Source: Camelus ferus (taxonomy: Eukaryota). From it: a DNA stretch of 64,000 nucleotides. The DNA lies in assembly GCF_009834535.1 (NCBI RefSeq), contig NC_045697.1:54686001-54750000 (forward strand), in the 5' to 3' direction. How positions within the stretch are numbered: position 1 is the stretch's first letter; every line of letters begins with the position of its first letter. Both the position numbers and the translations under genes were made by a program. Below, piece by piece: positions 63,904 to 64,000 of the stretch. Below the pieces are notes generated by a model. The model was not told the origin of the DNA and did no database searches. It saw nothing but the letters and a program-made list of their open reading frames with translations.

Positions 63904-64000
63904 AGGGAACTATGTGATTTCTACCTGGACTATTTCCAAAACCACCTGGCTTTGGCAATTTGGACTATGAATCAGTAAAAAATGCACATTATATAAACAC

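Overview
Mammalian non-coding genomic DNA, most likely camelid. The tRNA-derived SINEs and the distinctive short L1 3' ends resemble Vicugna/Camelus families; this is from recalled consensus sequences, not a search. A large part of the window is transposon-derived. It holds a full-length but dead 6.7-kb L1 (30697-37366) and an ancient two-LTR ERVL provirus with recognisable gag/RT/dUTPase relics riddled with younger insertions (~15600-24275). It also holds two young solo LTRs with perfect target-site duplications (ERV1-type 9191-9737; ERVK-type 40009-40695), two 5'-inverted L1 insertions, and many old MIR, L2, MLT, hAT and L1M fossils and microsatellites. I cannot identify any protein-coding gene. 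Most L1s lie on the minus strand, which hints at an intron of a long + strand gene, and a few + strand exon/microexon candidates exist but are unproven. I found no evidence for a new multi-gene system. The best leads are an LTR with a phased CCAAT array plus octamer, an exact 142-bp templated local duplication, an odd L1 inversion product with a (CG)8 junction, and a 57-nt frame-preserving candidate exon. Repeat family names are from memory and old-repeat boundaries are approximate.
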